A DNA stretch of 64,000 nt from the human T2T-CHM13v2.0 reference genome, Homo sapiens. Positions 17,606 to 33,814 of the stretch are shown here, piece by piece; position 1 is the stretch's first letter; each line of letters starts with the position of its first letter. The notes under the pieces were generated by a model. It searched no databases. It was not told the origin of the DNA and saw only the letters and a list, made by a program, of their open reading frames with translations. The position numbers and the translations under genes are program-made. The DNA is taken from assembly GCF_009914755.1 (NCBI RefSeq), contig NC_060947.1. One strand, written 5' to 3'.

Positions 17606-18356
17606 AACTTTCAATATTGTGTATGCTCCTTAATTTTAAAAAAGTCTCAAAAATGAGAGAGTGAGAGACTGTGTGAAGAGAAAGTGAATGTTACGTGTTG
17701 GTTAAAGTTTAATTTCTCTTAAAAATACTTTTATTTTAGGTTTGGGGGTATATGTGAAGGTTTGTTAAAGAAACACGTGCCATGGGGGTTTATCAACTTT
17801 CAATATTGTGTATGTTCCTTAATTTTAGAAAAAGTCTCAAAAATGAGAGAGAGACTATGTGAAGAGAAGGTAAATGTTATGTGTTGGTTAAAGTTTAATT
17901 TCTCCTAAAAATACTTTTATTTTAGGTTTGGGGGTATTTGTGAAGGTTTGTTAAAGAAACACGTGTCATGGGGGTTTATCAACTTTCAATATTGTGTATG
18001 CTCCTTAATTTTAAAAAAGTCTCAAAAATGAGAGAGTGAGAGACTATGTGAAGAGAAAGTAAATGTTACGTGTTGGTTAAAGTTTAATTTCTCTTAAAAA
18101 TACTTTTATTTTAGGTTTGGGGGTATATGTGAAGGTTTGTTAAAGAAACACGTGTCATGGGGGTTTATCAACTTTCAATATTGTGTATGTTCCTTAATTT
18201 TAAAAAAGTCTCAAAAATGAGAGAGTGAGAGACTATGTGAAGAGAAAGTAAATGTTATGTGTTGGTTAAAGTTTAATTTCTCTTAAAAATACTTTTATTT
18301 TAGGTTTGGGGGTATATGTGAAGGTTTGTTAAAGAAACACGTGTCATGGGGGTTTA
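17606..18356. repeat. Tandem array of four ~189-bp units downstream of the DDX53 stop codon
   Basis: Units start aactttcaatattgtgtatg at 17606, 17795, 17981 and 18170 (189, 186, 189 and ~187 bp) and are nearly identical. Confidence 0.97.
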
Positions 18357-18555
18357 CTGTACATATTATTTCGTCACCCAGGTATTAAGACCAGTGCCCA
18401 ATAATTATCTTTTCTGCTCTTCTGCCTCCTTCCACCCTCCCCCATCAGCTAGACCCCAGTGTCTGCTGTTTCCTTCTTTGCGTTCATAAGTTCTCATCGT
18501 TTGCTTCCCACTTATAAGTGAGAACATGTGGTATTTGAGTTTCTGTTCTTGTGTT
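18290..18555 (-). mobile_element. 5'-truncated older L1PA 3' end (its terminal ~65 bp is copied into each tandem unit)
   Basis: gggggtatatgtgaaggtttgtt...gtgtcatgggggttt...tatttcgtcacccaggtattaag...cccacttataagtgagaacatg; same family as 1300-1612. Confidence 0.85.
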
Positions 18556-18834
18556 AATTTTATAGTCTACCATGTCCATTTGTCTTCTCTAAAACACTTG
18601 GTAGAAGACAACAATGGTGCTTTTCTGGCTTTAAAATAGTTGTACTAAATTGAAGCATAGCTTCAAGCTTATCCAGTCAAAGTATTCTCTTTTCCCCCGA
18701 GCAGTTGGTGCCACAACAGTTCTTAAAGTTATTTCCACTATCATTCTCTACTTGTTTTAGTTCATTAGAAAATAAGTGCTAAATTTTTTAGAAGATTCCA
18801 CAATTCTATTTTTATCAGAATGATGTCACCAGCA

Positions 18835-19000
18835 GAGCAGGATGTCTGACTCACTGGGATTCAGGTCCTTGTATGCATTTTGTCACTAACCCTTGGTTAA
18901 AACTCTGAGGAAATCACTTGCCTTCTCTAGGCCTCAATTTCTCTACTCATAAAATGGGACAGTTTTATTAATTTAGAGGTCTCTTTTACCTCTAAAATTC
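18835..19000 (+). mobile_element. MIR/MIR3 SINE
   Basis: aaatcacttgccttctctaggcctcaatttctctactcataaaatggg. Confidence 0.6.
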
Positions 19001-19088
19001 GGTGACATTATAACTAAAACTGTATACCCCAGCCTTGTATTAACACTTTTTTGTCTAATCTAGGGGAAATTGCATCCTTGTATAATTG

Positions 19089-19094
19089 AATAAA
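19089..19094 (+). promoter_or_regulatory. Candidate polyadenylation signal (AATAAA) for DDX53
   Basis: First canonical AATAAA I found downstream of the stop codon, followed by T-rich sequence; implies a 3' UTR of about 1.6 kb. Confidence 0.55.
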
Positions 19095-19318
19095 ACAATC
19101 CTTTTCAATGACAAGAATAGTGCATTCTGCATTTTTATTGATTTTGCAATTTAACTGGTAGGTTTTCATTTTATTCTTTGCTTTTCTTTTCATCATGCTT
19201 TATTTTAATTCAATTTGAAGGTCAAAACCATATATATATAGATACATATATCGGGGAAAAAATTAAAGTGAAAGAAAAATTTATCTACTGGGAAAAACAT
19301 TAAAACCAATCAAATAAG

Positions 19319-19681
<363 letters not shown>

Positions 19682-20009
19682 CTATAATTCTACCTCTTAT
19701 GCCTTATTTAGAAGCAAGGTGCTTCTCACACCTGCAAAAAGAAATCCCTACAAAGATGTTAAGTAAACTTTAAAATTCAGTGTTCATGAAAACATTAGAA
19801 TTAGTTAACATTTCTGGTAAAATCAAGAGAAAAATTAAGGCAACAAACTTTTTTCCCCAGCATGCCTTACCTGTGACTACAAATAAGTCAGAAAATAAGG
19901 GAAAGAAAGAAGTAAATGTTCTAGGTATAGGTATTTAAGGCTTAAAGTATAGACTTTAAAGGCTTTTTAAAATGTAGACCTTAATATCTCTGGATAAAAT
20001 TAATAACAA

Positions 20010-20230
20010 TGGTTAACATTGTTGAGTGATACATACCTGGCGCTTTATCTCCTAATCTCTAATATTTATAAGAACGCCACTCGGAAGGAAATCTTACCCC
20101 TATTTTGCAGGGGATGAAGCAAAGTCAGAGGAGCTAACTTGCCTAAGGGCCCTAAACCTGATTAAAGAGAAATTAAGTGATATTTAGAGGACTTAAGGGA
20201 TATTTTGACCCGGCAGTGCCTGATTCCAAT
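20010..20230 (-). mobile_element. MIR SINE
   Basis: ccctattttgcaggggatgaagc...taacttgcctaagggcc. Confidence 0.5.
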
Positions 20231-20671
20231 ATTTATATTTTTTAATTTTAGTATAGTTATTATGTTTAAAGGCAATATGCTTGTCTTGAGGTTCTCTACA
20301 AGTTCAGATTTAGTGAAATAGAGAAGTGTGTGCAAATTTAATGCAAAGGCAATCTATAGCAGAACTGTAATAGAAGCTCAAATGGCTTAGTGCTGTTCAC
20401 TCAAGAGGAGAAATGATAAATGTTTAGCAAGTTAGAGTATATGTTATTTTCCAGAATTATTCTTAGGGGCAATGCTATATTTGTTAGAAAAGAATGCAAC
20501 AACTCAACCACTTGAGATAGTATATTTCCATAATCATGTGTAAGTAACACTTAACAAGAAAAATTATCACTCAATGTCTATGAGTAAGGAAATGAGAGAT
20601 GTATGCATTTCTTCTACAACATAATGCTGGACAGAAGAACCAGTGTATAGAGAAAGATAAGTAGAAATAGT

Positions 20672-20882
20672 GCAATGACTGTTAACCAAGGGTGATTTTG
20701 CTCCCCAGCGGAACTTTGACAATATCTGTGGACAGTATTGGTTGTTACAGCTATGGGTAGGGGGTGAGGTGCTCCTAGCATCTAGTGGGTAGAGGCTGAA
20801 CACCCTACAATCTACAGGACAGCCCCTCACAACAAAGAATTATCTGGCACAAAACAATAGTGCTGAGATGGGGAACCCCTGA
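20672..20882 (+). mobile_element. MER20 DNA transposon, copy 1
   Basis: gggtgattttgctcccc...gcatctagtgggtagaggc...acaacaaagaattatctggc...gggaaccctg. Confidence 0.85.
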
Positions 20883-21036
20883 GACAGCATAAGAAAAACA
20901 ACCAAAACCAACTGCTTAGTAACCAAAAAGGCACGTCAAAGAAAAAAAAAAAATAGAGGGTTTCTAAGTTATATCTTGCGGGTTTTGCAGAGAAAAAGTA
21001 TCCCTACAAACTTCCTGTCTTTGGTGTAGTCTACAT

Positions 21037-23587
21037 CAGTGGTTCTCTACCAGGCCCAATTTTGTCAATGTCTGGAGAAAGATTTGGTGGGTTGTTGTCT
21101 TAGTCCATTTTCATACTGCTATGAAGAAATACCCAAGACTGGGTAATTTATAAAGAAAAAGAGGTTTAATGGACTCACAGTTCCACATGGCTGGGGAGGT
21201 CTCACAATTATGGTGGAAGGTGAAGGAGGACAAAAGGTGCATCTTACATGGTGAGCAGGCAAGAGAGTTTGTGTAGGGGAACTCTCATTTATAAACCATC
21301 AGATCTCATGAGACTATCATGAGAACAGTGTGGGAAAGACCCACCCTCATGATTCAATTACCTCCCACCAGGTCCCTCCCATGACATGTGGGAATTATGA
21401 GAGCTGCAATTCGAGATGAGATTTGGGTGGGGATGCAGCCAAACCATATAATTCTGTCCCTGGCCCCTCCCAAATCTCATGTCCTCACATTTCAAAACCA
21501 ATCATGGCTTCCCAACTGTCTCTCAAAGTCTTAACTCATTTCAGCATTAACTCAAAAGTCCACAGTTCAAAGTTTCATCTGAGACAAGGCAAGTCCCTTC
21601 CACCTATGAGCCTATAAAATCAAAAGCAATTTAGTTACTTCCCAGACATAATGGAGGTACAGGCCTTGGGTAAATCTGCCCATTCCAAATGAGAGAAATT
21701 GCTTAAAACAAAAGAGCTACAGGCCCATGCAAGCGTGAAATCCAGCTGGGCAGTCAAATCTTAAAGCTCCAAAATGATCTCATTTGACTCCAGGTCTCAC
21801 ATCCAGGTCACGCTGATGCGAGAGGTGGGTTCCCATGGTCTTGGGCAGCTCTGTCCCTGTGGCTTTGCAGAGTATACCCCCTCTCCCGGCTGCTTTCATG
21901 GGCTCGAAATGAGTCTCTGTGGCTTTTCCAGGTGCACGGTGTAAGCTGTTGGTGGATCTACCATCGTGGGGTATGGAGGATGTTGGTCCTCTTTTCACAG
22001 CTCCACTAAGCAGTGCTCTAGTGGGGACTCTGTGTGGGGGCTCCCACCCTACATTTCCCTTATGCACTGCCCTAGCAGAGGTTCTCCTTGAGGGCCCTGC
22101 CCCTGCAGCACATCTCGGCCTGGGCATCCAGGTGTTTCCATACATCCTCTGAAACCTAGGCAAAGGTTCCCAAACCTCAATTCTTGACTTCTGTGCACCC
22201 ACAGGCTCAACACCACGTGGAAGCTGCCAAGGATTGAGGCTTGCAACCTCTGAAGCTGCAGCCCAAGCTCTATGTCGGTCCCTTTCAGCCACAGGTGGCA
22301 TGGCTGGGACGAAGGGCACCAAATCCCTAGGTTGTACACAGCAGGGGAACACTAGACCCAGCCCATGAAACCATTTTGTCCTCCTAGGCTCCAGATCTCT
22401 GATGGGAGAAGCTGCCATGAAGACCTCTGACATGCTCTGGAGTCATTTTCCCCATTGTCTTGGGAATTAACAGTTGGCTCCTCATTACTTATACAAATTT
22501 CTGCAGCTGGCTTGAATTTCTCCTCAGAGAGTGGGTTTTGCTTTTCTATCACATCATCAGTATACAATTTTTCTGAACTTTTATGCTCTGCTTCCTCTTT
22601 AAATGTAAGTTCCAATTCCAAACCATATCTTTCTGAATGAATAAAACTAAATGTTTTTAACAGCACCCAAGTCACCTCTTGAATGTATTGCTGCTTAGAA
22701 ATTTCTTCTGCCAGATGCCCTAAATTATATCTCTCAAGTTCAAAGTTCTACAGATCTCTAGGGTAGGGACAAAATGCCATCAGTCCCTTTGCTAAAACAT
22801 AGCAAGAGTCACCTGTGCTCCAGTTCCCAACAAGTTCCTCATCTCCATCTGTGACCACATCAGCCTGGACTTTATTGTCCATATCACTATCAGCATTTCG
22901 GTCAAAGCCATTCAACAAGACTCTAGGAAGTTCCAAACCTTTCCCACATCTTCCTGTCTTCTTCTGAGCCCTCCAAACTGTTCCAACCTCTGCCTGTTAC
23001 CCAGTTCCAAAGTCATTTCCATATTTTGGGTATCTTTACAGCAGCACCTCACTCTACTGGTACCAATTTACTGTATTAGTCCATTTTCATACTGCTATGA
23101 AGAAATACCCAAGACTGGGTAATTTATAAAGAAAACGAGGTTTAATGTATTCACAGTTCCACATGGCTGAGGAGGCCTCACAATCATAGCAGAGGGTGAA
23201 GGAGGAGCAAAGGCAAGTCTTATGTGGTGAGCAGGCAAGAGAGCTTGTACAGGGAAACTCCCCTTTATAAAACCATCAGATCTCATGAGACTTATTCATT
23301 ATCACAAGAACAGCACAGGAATGACCCGCCCCATGATCCAATTACCTCTCACCAGGTCCCTTCCCCGACATATGGGAATTATGGGAGCTACAATTCAAGA
23401 TGACATTTGGGTGGGGACACAACCAAACCATATCAGTCGTCATAACTGGGGGTGATGGTGGTGGTACTGGTATCTCCTGGGTATAGTCGGAGGATGCCAC
23501 TAAACATCCCACAATTCATAGGAGAGCTCCCTAAAACAAAGAATTATCTGGCCTGAATGTCAGTAGTGCCACAGTTGAGAAACCTTG
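21037..23587 (+). mobile_element. MER20 copy 2 (21037-21095 plus 23436-23587), split by THE1
   Basis: cagtggttctc...caatgtctggaga on the left; aacaaagaattatctggcctgaatgtcagtagtgccacagttgagaaaccttg on the right. Confidence 0.8.
21096..23435 (-). mobile_element. Full-length THE1 (THE1B/C-like) MaLR element: LTR 21096-21451, internal region, LTR 23072-23435
   Basis: Two similar ~360-bp LTRs (tg..ttagtccattttcatactgctatgaagaaatacccaagactggg ... aaaccatatca) flanking a ~1.6 kb MaLR internal region; 5-bp TSD gttgt/gtcgt. Confidence 0.95.
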
Positions 23588-23711
23588 CAATGGATTAAGC
23601 AAAAATAAAAGCGCAAACCTAGGTGTAGAGAAGCCAAGAAGGGACTTTATGAAGGAAAACAAAAAGAGGATATTCATTTGTTGTGCACTGCGCAATACAA
23701 AATCCTCCACT

Positions 23712-24248
<537 letters not shown>

Positions 24249-24779
24249 ATTGCATTGATTGACCAGTGAAGTTTTTGTGTAAGTAAACTGTGTTTCAGAA
24301 ATTCAAAGAAATACTTAGTTCTACATACAAATTGGGACAGATGGAAAGCAAAGCTCTGAATATACACAGGACTCAAAGTACGAGGATTCAGCTGACCTCA
24401 GAGTTGTGCATAAGATTCTTAGCATGGTGACTCACATTCAGTAGGCATTCAACAAATATTAGGTCCCTTCCACCTTCCCTCTCCCATCACCTACTATATA
24501 TAATACTTGTTAACTATTCTGGGTGTTGCTCAAGCTGTTTTCCCCCATTTGGAATGCCCTTTCTCTTTCCTCTCTGCCAAGACAAATCACCTTTATCTTT
24601 CTGGGTCCAGCCAAAGTGCCATATCTTCCCTAAGTTCCTATCTACTCTCCTTCATTCCAAAACTTCTGCAGTTACAGTTCTTGTTATCAAAGAATAATGT
24701 TGACATTTACACTATCTGCATAGGAATCTAGTAGGCAATAAAGGTAGACCGTTTTAAATCAGTGAAGAAAGAAAAATCT

Positions 24780-26114
<1,335 letters not shown>

Positions 26115-26339
26115 TAAAATTTCTATAAAACAATGTTACTTTTATTATAATAAAAACGTCAAGCATAACTTTTGAATAACTGCTTCAAAAGTAACTTAAT
26201 GAATAATTAAATGACTGCAGAAATTAATTCAACAGGCATTGTATCTGAGGGTATTTAAAATACAAGCATCTCTTGTCTTTCCCCCACTTAAATGTAAATG
26301 CCACTAATAGGAGATATCTTTTTTCTAACACTGCATCTT

Positions 26340-26544
26340 TTTTTTAACTTTTAAGTTCAGGGTTACAAGTGCCAGGTTTGTTACATGGGTAAACTTGTGT
26401 CATGGGAGTTTGTTGTACAGATTATTTCATCACCCAGGTATTAGGCCTAGTACCTATTAGTTATTTGTCTTGATCCTCTCCCTCCTCCCACACGCCACCC
26501 TCCAAAAAGCCCCAGTATGTGTTGTTCCCCTCTGTGTGTCCATG
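26340..26544 (-). mobile_element. 205-bp truncated L1PA 3' end inside an L2-like 3' end
   Basis: Perfect 15-bp TSD ctaacactgcatctt at 26325 and 26545; ttaagttcagggttacaagtgccaggtttgttaca. Confidence 0.9.
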
Positions 26545-27172
26545 CTAACACTGCATCTTAAGTGCTAAAAACAATGCCTCGAACATAGTAGGAGCACAGT
26601 AAATAGCTGAATGAAAATAAGTACATTATTTTATTTTCATTGAGCAAAAGTAAACTTTTCTATTTCTGTTACTTGTTTTGTCTGTTGACAATTGTTGGCC
26701 TACACCTCACCTTATAATAAGAAATAATATATGTTGTTTGTGTCTTTTACACAAGGCACCCACATAAAAGGGACACTTTTATCTTATTTTACAGATGAGG
26801 AGACTAATGCTCAGAGAGGTTGCATAACTTTCCCACATTCAAAAAGTGAGTAAGTAGAGCTTGCTATCTCTGTGCTGAAAATTATAGATTCAATGAAGAA
26901 GCGACCTAGAGTACACAGAAATATAGGAGAGATGAGAAAGACATTATTAGGCAAAGCACACAGACATCTCAGTTTACAGCAAAATAAGAACCCTGTAAAG
27001 GTATTTTTCACACTATGCAATGTTTTTACCACTCTTCTTCTCGGGCCTTAAGCGTCTCTGCAGCTTTCTAGCACTAGAGAAACCCGCATGGTAAACTGAA
27101 AGCTTAAAATGAGAGAATTACAATCACTGAGTAATCAGACTTTTCACAAGTCCTTTTTAAAATATTAGTCTA

Positions 27173-27532
<360 letters not shown>

Positions 27533-27759
27533 CTACAGAACCATGACAACAATAAAAGAAAAGTAAGAAATGATCTGAAGAAAGACTGCAGTGAAGCTTC
27601 ATACTGCTGGCTGGGGGAAGGGATACGAATATTTGGGGCATGCAAGATAAGCAAAAGAAACTGCCAGTGTAACAAGTCATAAATCCAGGCTCAATTTATA
27701 ACTTCTAAAATCTGAATTTTTCTGGGAATAAAATTATGAAGTGCCACATTAGCCATATT

Positions 27760-28730
27760 TAGGGTGGCAGACACTGGTGGTTTACCTACCCAACAGCTAC
27801 GCCCACCACCTCCCTCTTATGTCCCTTCCTACTTGCTGGCATAACCCACTTCCTGTTATAGAGGTTACAAAAGCCAGACATTCACTTTCCTAGCCTGCCT
27901 TACAGATAAAGCATGGGTATGTGACAGGAAAGTGGCCTACGGCACTGACAGGAAAGTCTGCTTGGCAGTTTTAGAGAAAGATCTCTCTCCCTTACAAACA
28001 GAGACATGTGAGGTCCTTCCTGCTTTTGTACAGTTGTGTGAAGATATGAGGCTGTGACAGTCATTTTTAGACAATGTAGAAATAAATTTGAAGAAGAATA
28101 CTAGCATGCTAAGTATGACCACATGGAGATTTGGAAAGCAGCTGGATCACATAACTGTGCTGCTGAATTAAACTCTATGTGGCAGCTATGGAGGTGTGCA
28201 GCTCATCTCCATTCAAGAAAAAGCTTGCTGATCAGCTGTGTGGAGTGCAGTTAGCTGACAGCCCCCAACTGCAGACAATCCTTGGCAGCATCTGAGCCAA
28301 GGCTAGCCTTTTCCAGGAAGTCTCAACCAATAGCTGAGCACAGTGAGACACTGGGGCCCAGTCATTTCTGCCCAACACTGGACTCTTCTATGGGCCATAT
28401 TTGCAGCAGAGCTCCCCGTTAGGCTCACCCTGATTTCTCAGAGCCTCAGTGCAGTTTTAGGCTCTTCCTACCCAGTCCTCCTCTCTTTACCTTCTACTTT
28501 CACAGGTATCAGATCTGAGCTGCAGTCAGAAGGATTTCCCTGACCTCTTGATACTTTTCCTCTTTATCTTTCATAGGTGTTACCCCCAGTAAATATTGGA
28601 CCCAAGCAATATACCCAGGAATCCCCTATCTATGAACTTTGTATTATATAAAGCAACAGATATCTTTATTGTTTAAGTCATTATTAGTTATTATATTACT
28701 GGCAGCCCAAAGTATCCTAACTGATAAATT
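27760..28730 (+). mobile_element. Old LTR cluster: MLT1-like LTR with an LTR16-like element nested at about 28178-28610
   Basis: tggcagacactggtggtttacctacccaac...gtttaagtcattattag...cctaactgata; inner tgtggcagctatggaggtgtgc...ccccagtaaa. Confidence 0.45.
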
Positions 28731-30644
28731 GGAAAAATAGCCATAAAATACCTTGTGTGGAGGCTGTGAATTTTCCATCATTGAGAAGAGGGTCCAATGA
28801 GGTATACTTTATTTGGATGAGAGTTGACTATAATAAGCAAATTAAACTCTTCTCTTGGATGTTTATTTAATGGGGACACTGAAAACACAGGATTCTATAG
28901 GGAATTACTATAATTTTATAAAAATTGGAAGCATATCAAACAAGCCCAGCTTTTGAACAGTCAGCAGCAATTAGAGGAAGAAGTGAGAAACAAGCAGAGT
29001 AGAAAACTTGAGCTGCAGTCATGAAGAGACCCAATATCAAGGTCATCTGATCCAATAGCGTTAACAGCATTCACACTTGGCTGCACCTGGAATACATCAC
29101 TGGCTCTGACAGATTTGAAATGTAGCCAACCGGAGAAATTCTTGCAATCAACAGCCTAGAGGGGCTCAGGGTGAACAATTCTACCTAATGGAGATATATA
29201 GCCCAAAGCAATAGGAATCTTCTCATGAACACAAGGAAAATTTTTTAAAAAACCTTTTCATATAGAAGAGGAATATGGAGACAGGAATTGATGGGCCATG
29301 TTTGTTTTCCCACCTAAGCCTGAAAATCCAATTAAAAAAATAGAAGAGCAAGTATTTCTACAAGAATATTGTGAAAGTCAGCAAAAACATTTCTCTCCCT
29401 CCCTCCTCCTTTCCTGCAACCCAAGTGTCCTTCCCTTTAAAAAAAAAAAAAGGTAATTCAGAATTTCTTGGTGTATTGATTGGATAAAAATCTATAATGA
29501 AAAGATGAAAGGAGGACTGGTCTTCTCTCCTTATGCTGACTCTTCCATTTCACTTTCCAATTGCTGCTAAAGCTGTTCAGTGCCATTCAAATTCAGAAAA
29601 CTACCACAATCTTCAATTCTGTGTGCTCCTCACACAGCACATAGACAATACCAAAAGCCCGTCATTGTTTTCACATTTCATGTAAATGTCAGTCCCCTCT
29701 TCAGATACCCTCTCCTACTGCAAAATTCTGTTTCTGTTTTCTTCTAGCTCTTCCAATGGGGTAAAATGTCTGCGATGATGTTTACCCAGCTTAAATAAAG
29801 TCTATCCAATCTTCCTAAGCTTGCAATATGTGGCGAACTTTTGGCAGTAAGTATACCAATGTGTTCTGGGGTCCTAATTAAAATTTCAATTGGAACCCAT
29901 TTCTCATATTCAGCAAAATCCCTCTGAAGTCCAAACTAACTGACTTTAGGCTTATGCCCTGTGAGAACCTATATGCCATTTTACATAAATGTTTTAATTT
30001 TCTCTGCAATCAATAAATGTGGCTTTGTCATATCCCTTCCCAGGCATTTCTGTTTTTGTTCTCTTTGTAGGCCCTTCCTGTAACACACACGCTATTTTAT
30101 AGTGCCTTCCCATCAAGTACCATATGACATTTCATTCTAATTTAACTCTGCTGTCTCACAGATAAGAGAATGTTAAATGATGGTAACTAAAGGGGATAAG
30201 TGTTTTCTACTTCTGGAAAAGGGTCTCCTCCTTACCCACCCTTCTACAACACATACACAAGTGTGCAACACATACACATATATTACACATGCATACACTG
30301 TGTGTCCAGTTTAGCTGAAAACACATAGCCTGCCTTTTACCTCCCCCAAACCTCATTCTGTCATTCAGAGCTCGGAACAGCATGCACAGTATGCAGAGTA
30401 AGCTGAACTTACTGTTCATGTAGATAAGGGAAAAAGATCTCCCCCTTTCCTTTTCAGAAGATACCAGTTGCTGCCTCCAGATTCAAGCATAAGATAATAG
30501 TTAAGGGCATAGTCTCCGGAGTCAGAAAGACCTGAGCCTGAGTCTCTGTTTGGCCAGCTGCAGTCAGTTACGTGAGTTTGGGCAAGTTATATAAAGGTCC
30601 TAAGTCTTGGTTTACTCAGCTCTAAAATAAGGACGGTGATTTTA

Positions 30645-30964
<320 letters not shown>

Positions 30965-31210
30965 TCAGCTCTAAAATATGGATGGTGATTTTAACCTGTG
31001 CTTCATGAAGACTTGATGATATACATATAAAGCAACCAGTATAAAAAGTATTATACTCAATAGGTTTTTTAAAACAAAAAATGGTAAGATAATGGTACAG
31101 GCCAATTCCACCTAGTTGTCACTCACAAATTATAAATGTTAATGTCTCATAAATAAAAGAATTTCAAAAACATGATCCTTTTGTTTTCGGAGTTGTTCCC
31201 ATGGGGAGGA

Positions 31211-31284
31211 CACTTATTTGGTCCATCTGTGGAAGATGTATGTTTTCCACTTATTTGGTCCATCTGTGGAAGATGTATGTTTTC
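31211..31284. repeat. Perfect 2 x 37 bp tandem duplication
   Basis: cacttatttggtccatctgtggaagatgtatgttttc at 31211-31247 and 31248-31284. Confidence 0.95.
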
Positions 31285-32966
31285 GACCTCTGCTGTTCTC
31301 TGCCTGTCTGCTTCATTCTCCTCCCTCTACAAAGTGCCTTTTGCTGTTTCTGCATGCACGTGATGGAATATGGCTGATTCCATAGCTCCCTGATCTACAT
31401 TACTTCTGTCAATGCTATCAATATAGATTGAGGTAGAATGTCTGGCTCCAGGTTTATATTTCTTTATGAGAGGAACTGATTGCTCCACTTTGGATCAGGT
31501 ATCTACTCATGGTCCAATCAAGTGTTATGGGTGAGAGGGCTAGTGGTGACAGAGCCCTCTAGCACAACCATAGCTGCTAGGACCTCAACCCTATGCTTGA
31601 GGGAAGGTAATCTTCAGAAAAAGGGGACTGTAGAAGCTATAGTATTACATTGGTTTTCTTATGAAGAAAGCTCATATATATTTATTATTTTATGAATCCA
31701 GTTATCACTTCTAGTTGTCATGCAGAGACTGTTAAAGTTCTTTTTTAGCATTTCTTTGAAATATGAGGATTTTCATGCTATCTGGATAATCAATTCATTG
31801 GTATATACATTATTATTTATTTTATCGCACATTTTATCTACCCCATTCTTTTTGGAAACTTTTATACAATCATCTGACAAGCAATAGCTACTTCTAATGA
31901 ATTTTAATAACCATTTTCCAAGAAGGATAGCACTCACAATACTATGCATATCATCATTATCTACCAAGCCTATTCTTTATAAAATCTGAAGCTGTTCAAT
32001 TAATAAACTTTCATGTCTAAAATAAGACAAATTATACCACTTAAATTTATTTGCCCCCAAAACACTTTTACATGAAACTCAGTTTCACTATCATCATTAT
32101 CATATTTAGATATTTACATTTTAGCAATAAAAATACATGTTGACTTTTACACTTACGATTTAGATAAGATGAAGATATTTCTTGGCACTATTTATTTTTC
32201 ATATCATCCTAAACCACAAAGAAATTGATTTAGGATAACTCTCTCAAATATGACAAAGTTTTTTTTTTCTTATTTACTGCATGTCTAATTCATTATCATT
32301 TCTTTTCATTTATCATTGATATGGTATCTTAATATATCAGTTTTCTATGTTGAGATTTAAGTAGTTCATATAGAAAACTAAATAAATATTAATCATATTG
32401 GCTGCTTCAGAAAATCTTAGAATACAATATTGAATATGCCAGAAAATATAAATATTAATATTGTACAAAGTATTACTTGAGGGTCAAAGAACTTAGAAGA
32501 GAAGGAAAATAAATTATTATTATGCAGTTAAATTTGTACTAAACCATTGGGGGAAGGATGTTTCAAAGACAAAATTTGCTGGTTCAGAGGAAATGTTTCA
32601 TGGAATTTTTTTGCCAGATATGTTTTTTGCTCTCATCTAGATGGCTCCTATTTTTTGAGAGATATTCGATCATACCAGGCGTCATGGTAGGGCTAGGAGT
32701 TGAAAGGTTTATATAGATCTGTCAACCCCAACACTAAACCCTAAAGTTTCCTAATTCAACCGTAGTTTTGTGAAGAGAAAAGAAGACATGGCTCAGACCA
32801 CTGGGTTTTGGCCAGGGCCAATGATCTCCACTTACTGGAGTCAAGGCTCATTATTTATTCAGAAACCTAATTCTGTAGGCTGTCATGGCAAACCAAGATG
32901 CTTCTTGAGCCCTCAGTTAGACCTACATGAGAAATTTGTGCTCTTGTGAAAAACCTAGTAGCAAAG

Positions 32967-33268
32967 GGCCGGGCGCTGTGGCTCACGCCTGTAATCCTAG
33001 CACTTTGGGAGGCAGAGGTGGGCGGATCACGAGGTCAGGAGTTCGAGACAATCCTGGCCAACATGGTGAAACCCTGTCTCTACTAAAAATACAAAATTAG
33101 CCGGGTACGGTGGCACACACCTGCAGTCCCAGCTACTCAGGAGGCTGACGCAGGAGAATCACTTGTACCTAGGAGGCGGAGGTTGCAGTGATCTGAGATC
33201 CTGCCTCTGCACTCCAGCCTGTGTGATAAAGCAAGACTCCATCTCAAAAAAAAAAAAAAAGAAAGAAA
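32967..33268 (+). mobile_element. Alu (AluSg-like)
   Basis: Full dimer; TSD gaaaaacctagtagcaaag at 32948 and 33269. Confidence 0.95.
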
Positions 33269-33811
33269 GAAAAACCTAGTAGCAAAGACACAGCAACTAG
33301 CTGGGCTTCACAGACTAGCCAAAAGTTCTTCATCATAGAAGTTGCCTTACATAGCAGTAGCAAAATGAGAAAAGGTGCATGCACAAAGCCCTATGTTTAG
33401 AGTGGTGACAAAACCTCTGAAGTAAGGGGTCTCCGGCAAGTATACACATCCCAGTCTGGCACCTATCTCCCAATTCATCTGACTCTGGAGTGTGCAAAGA
33501 AAGCATTCGTTATTTTGCCAGGAATCCCACCATTTGACCACCTTGTACCTCAGTAGATCAGGGGCCTCCTGGGATGTGACCAACAAATAACTAACCATTG
33601 TGACACTGGTGTCTAACCATGTTCCTGACACTATTGATAAGAGAAATACTATAAAGCAGGGCTAGGTCTCTTTTCTGCAACCGAGGTAGTGAAAAGCTTT
33701 CCAGCTTTGAAAGCAGAAAGATCTGGGTTCTACAGAAGTTCCATCATGTTATTTATAATTTTTTTTCTTTTTAAATAACAAAACATACATAAAACATTTA
33801 ACAAATAACAG

Positions 33812-33814
<3 letters not shown>

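Noticed and set aside
17606-18356. Array considered as CRISPR-like or a novel repeat-spacer system
   Set aside because: Units are contiguous near-identical copies with no unique spacers, in a eukaryotic context.
21780-22936. 217-aa and neighbouring minus-strand ORFs
   Set aside because: They lie wholly within the THE1 internal region and are fragmented MaLR ORF remnants, not a host gene.
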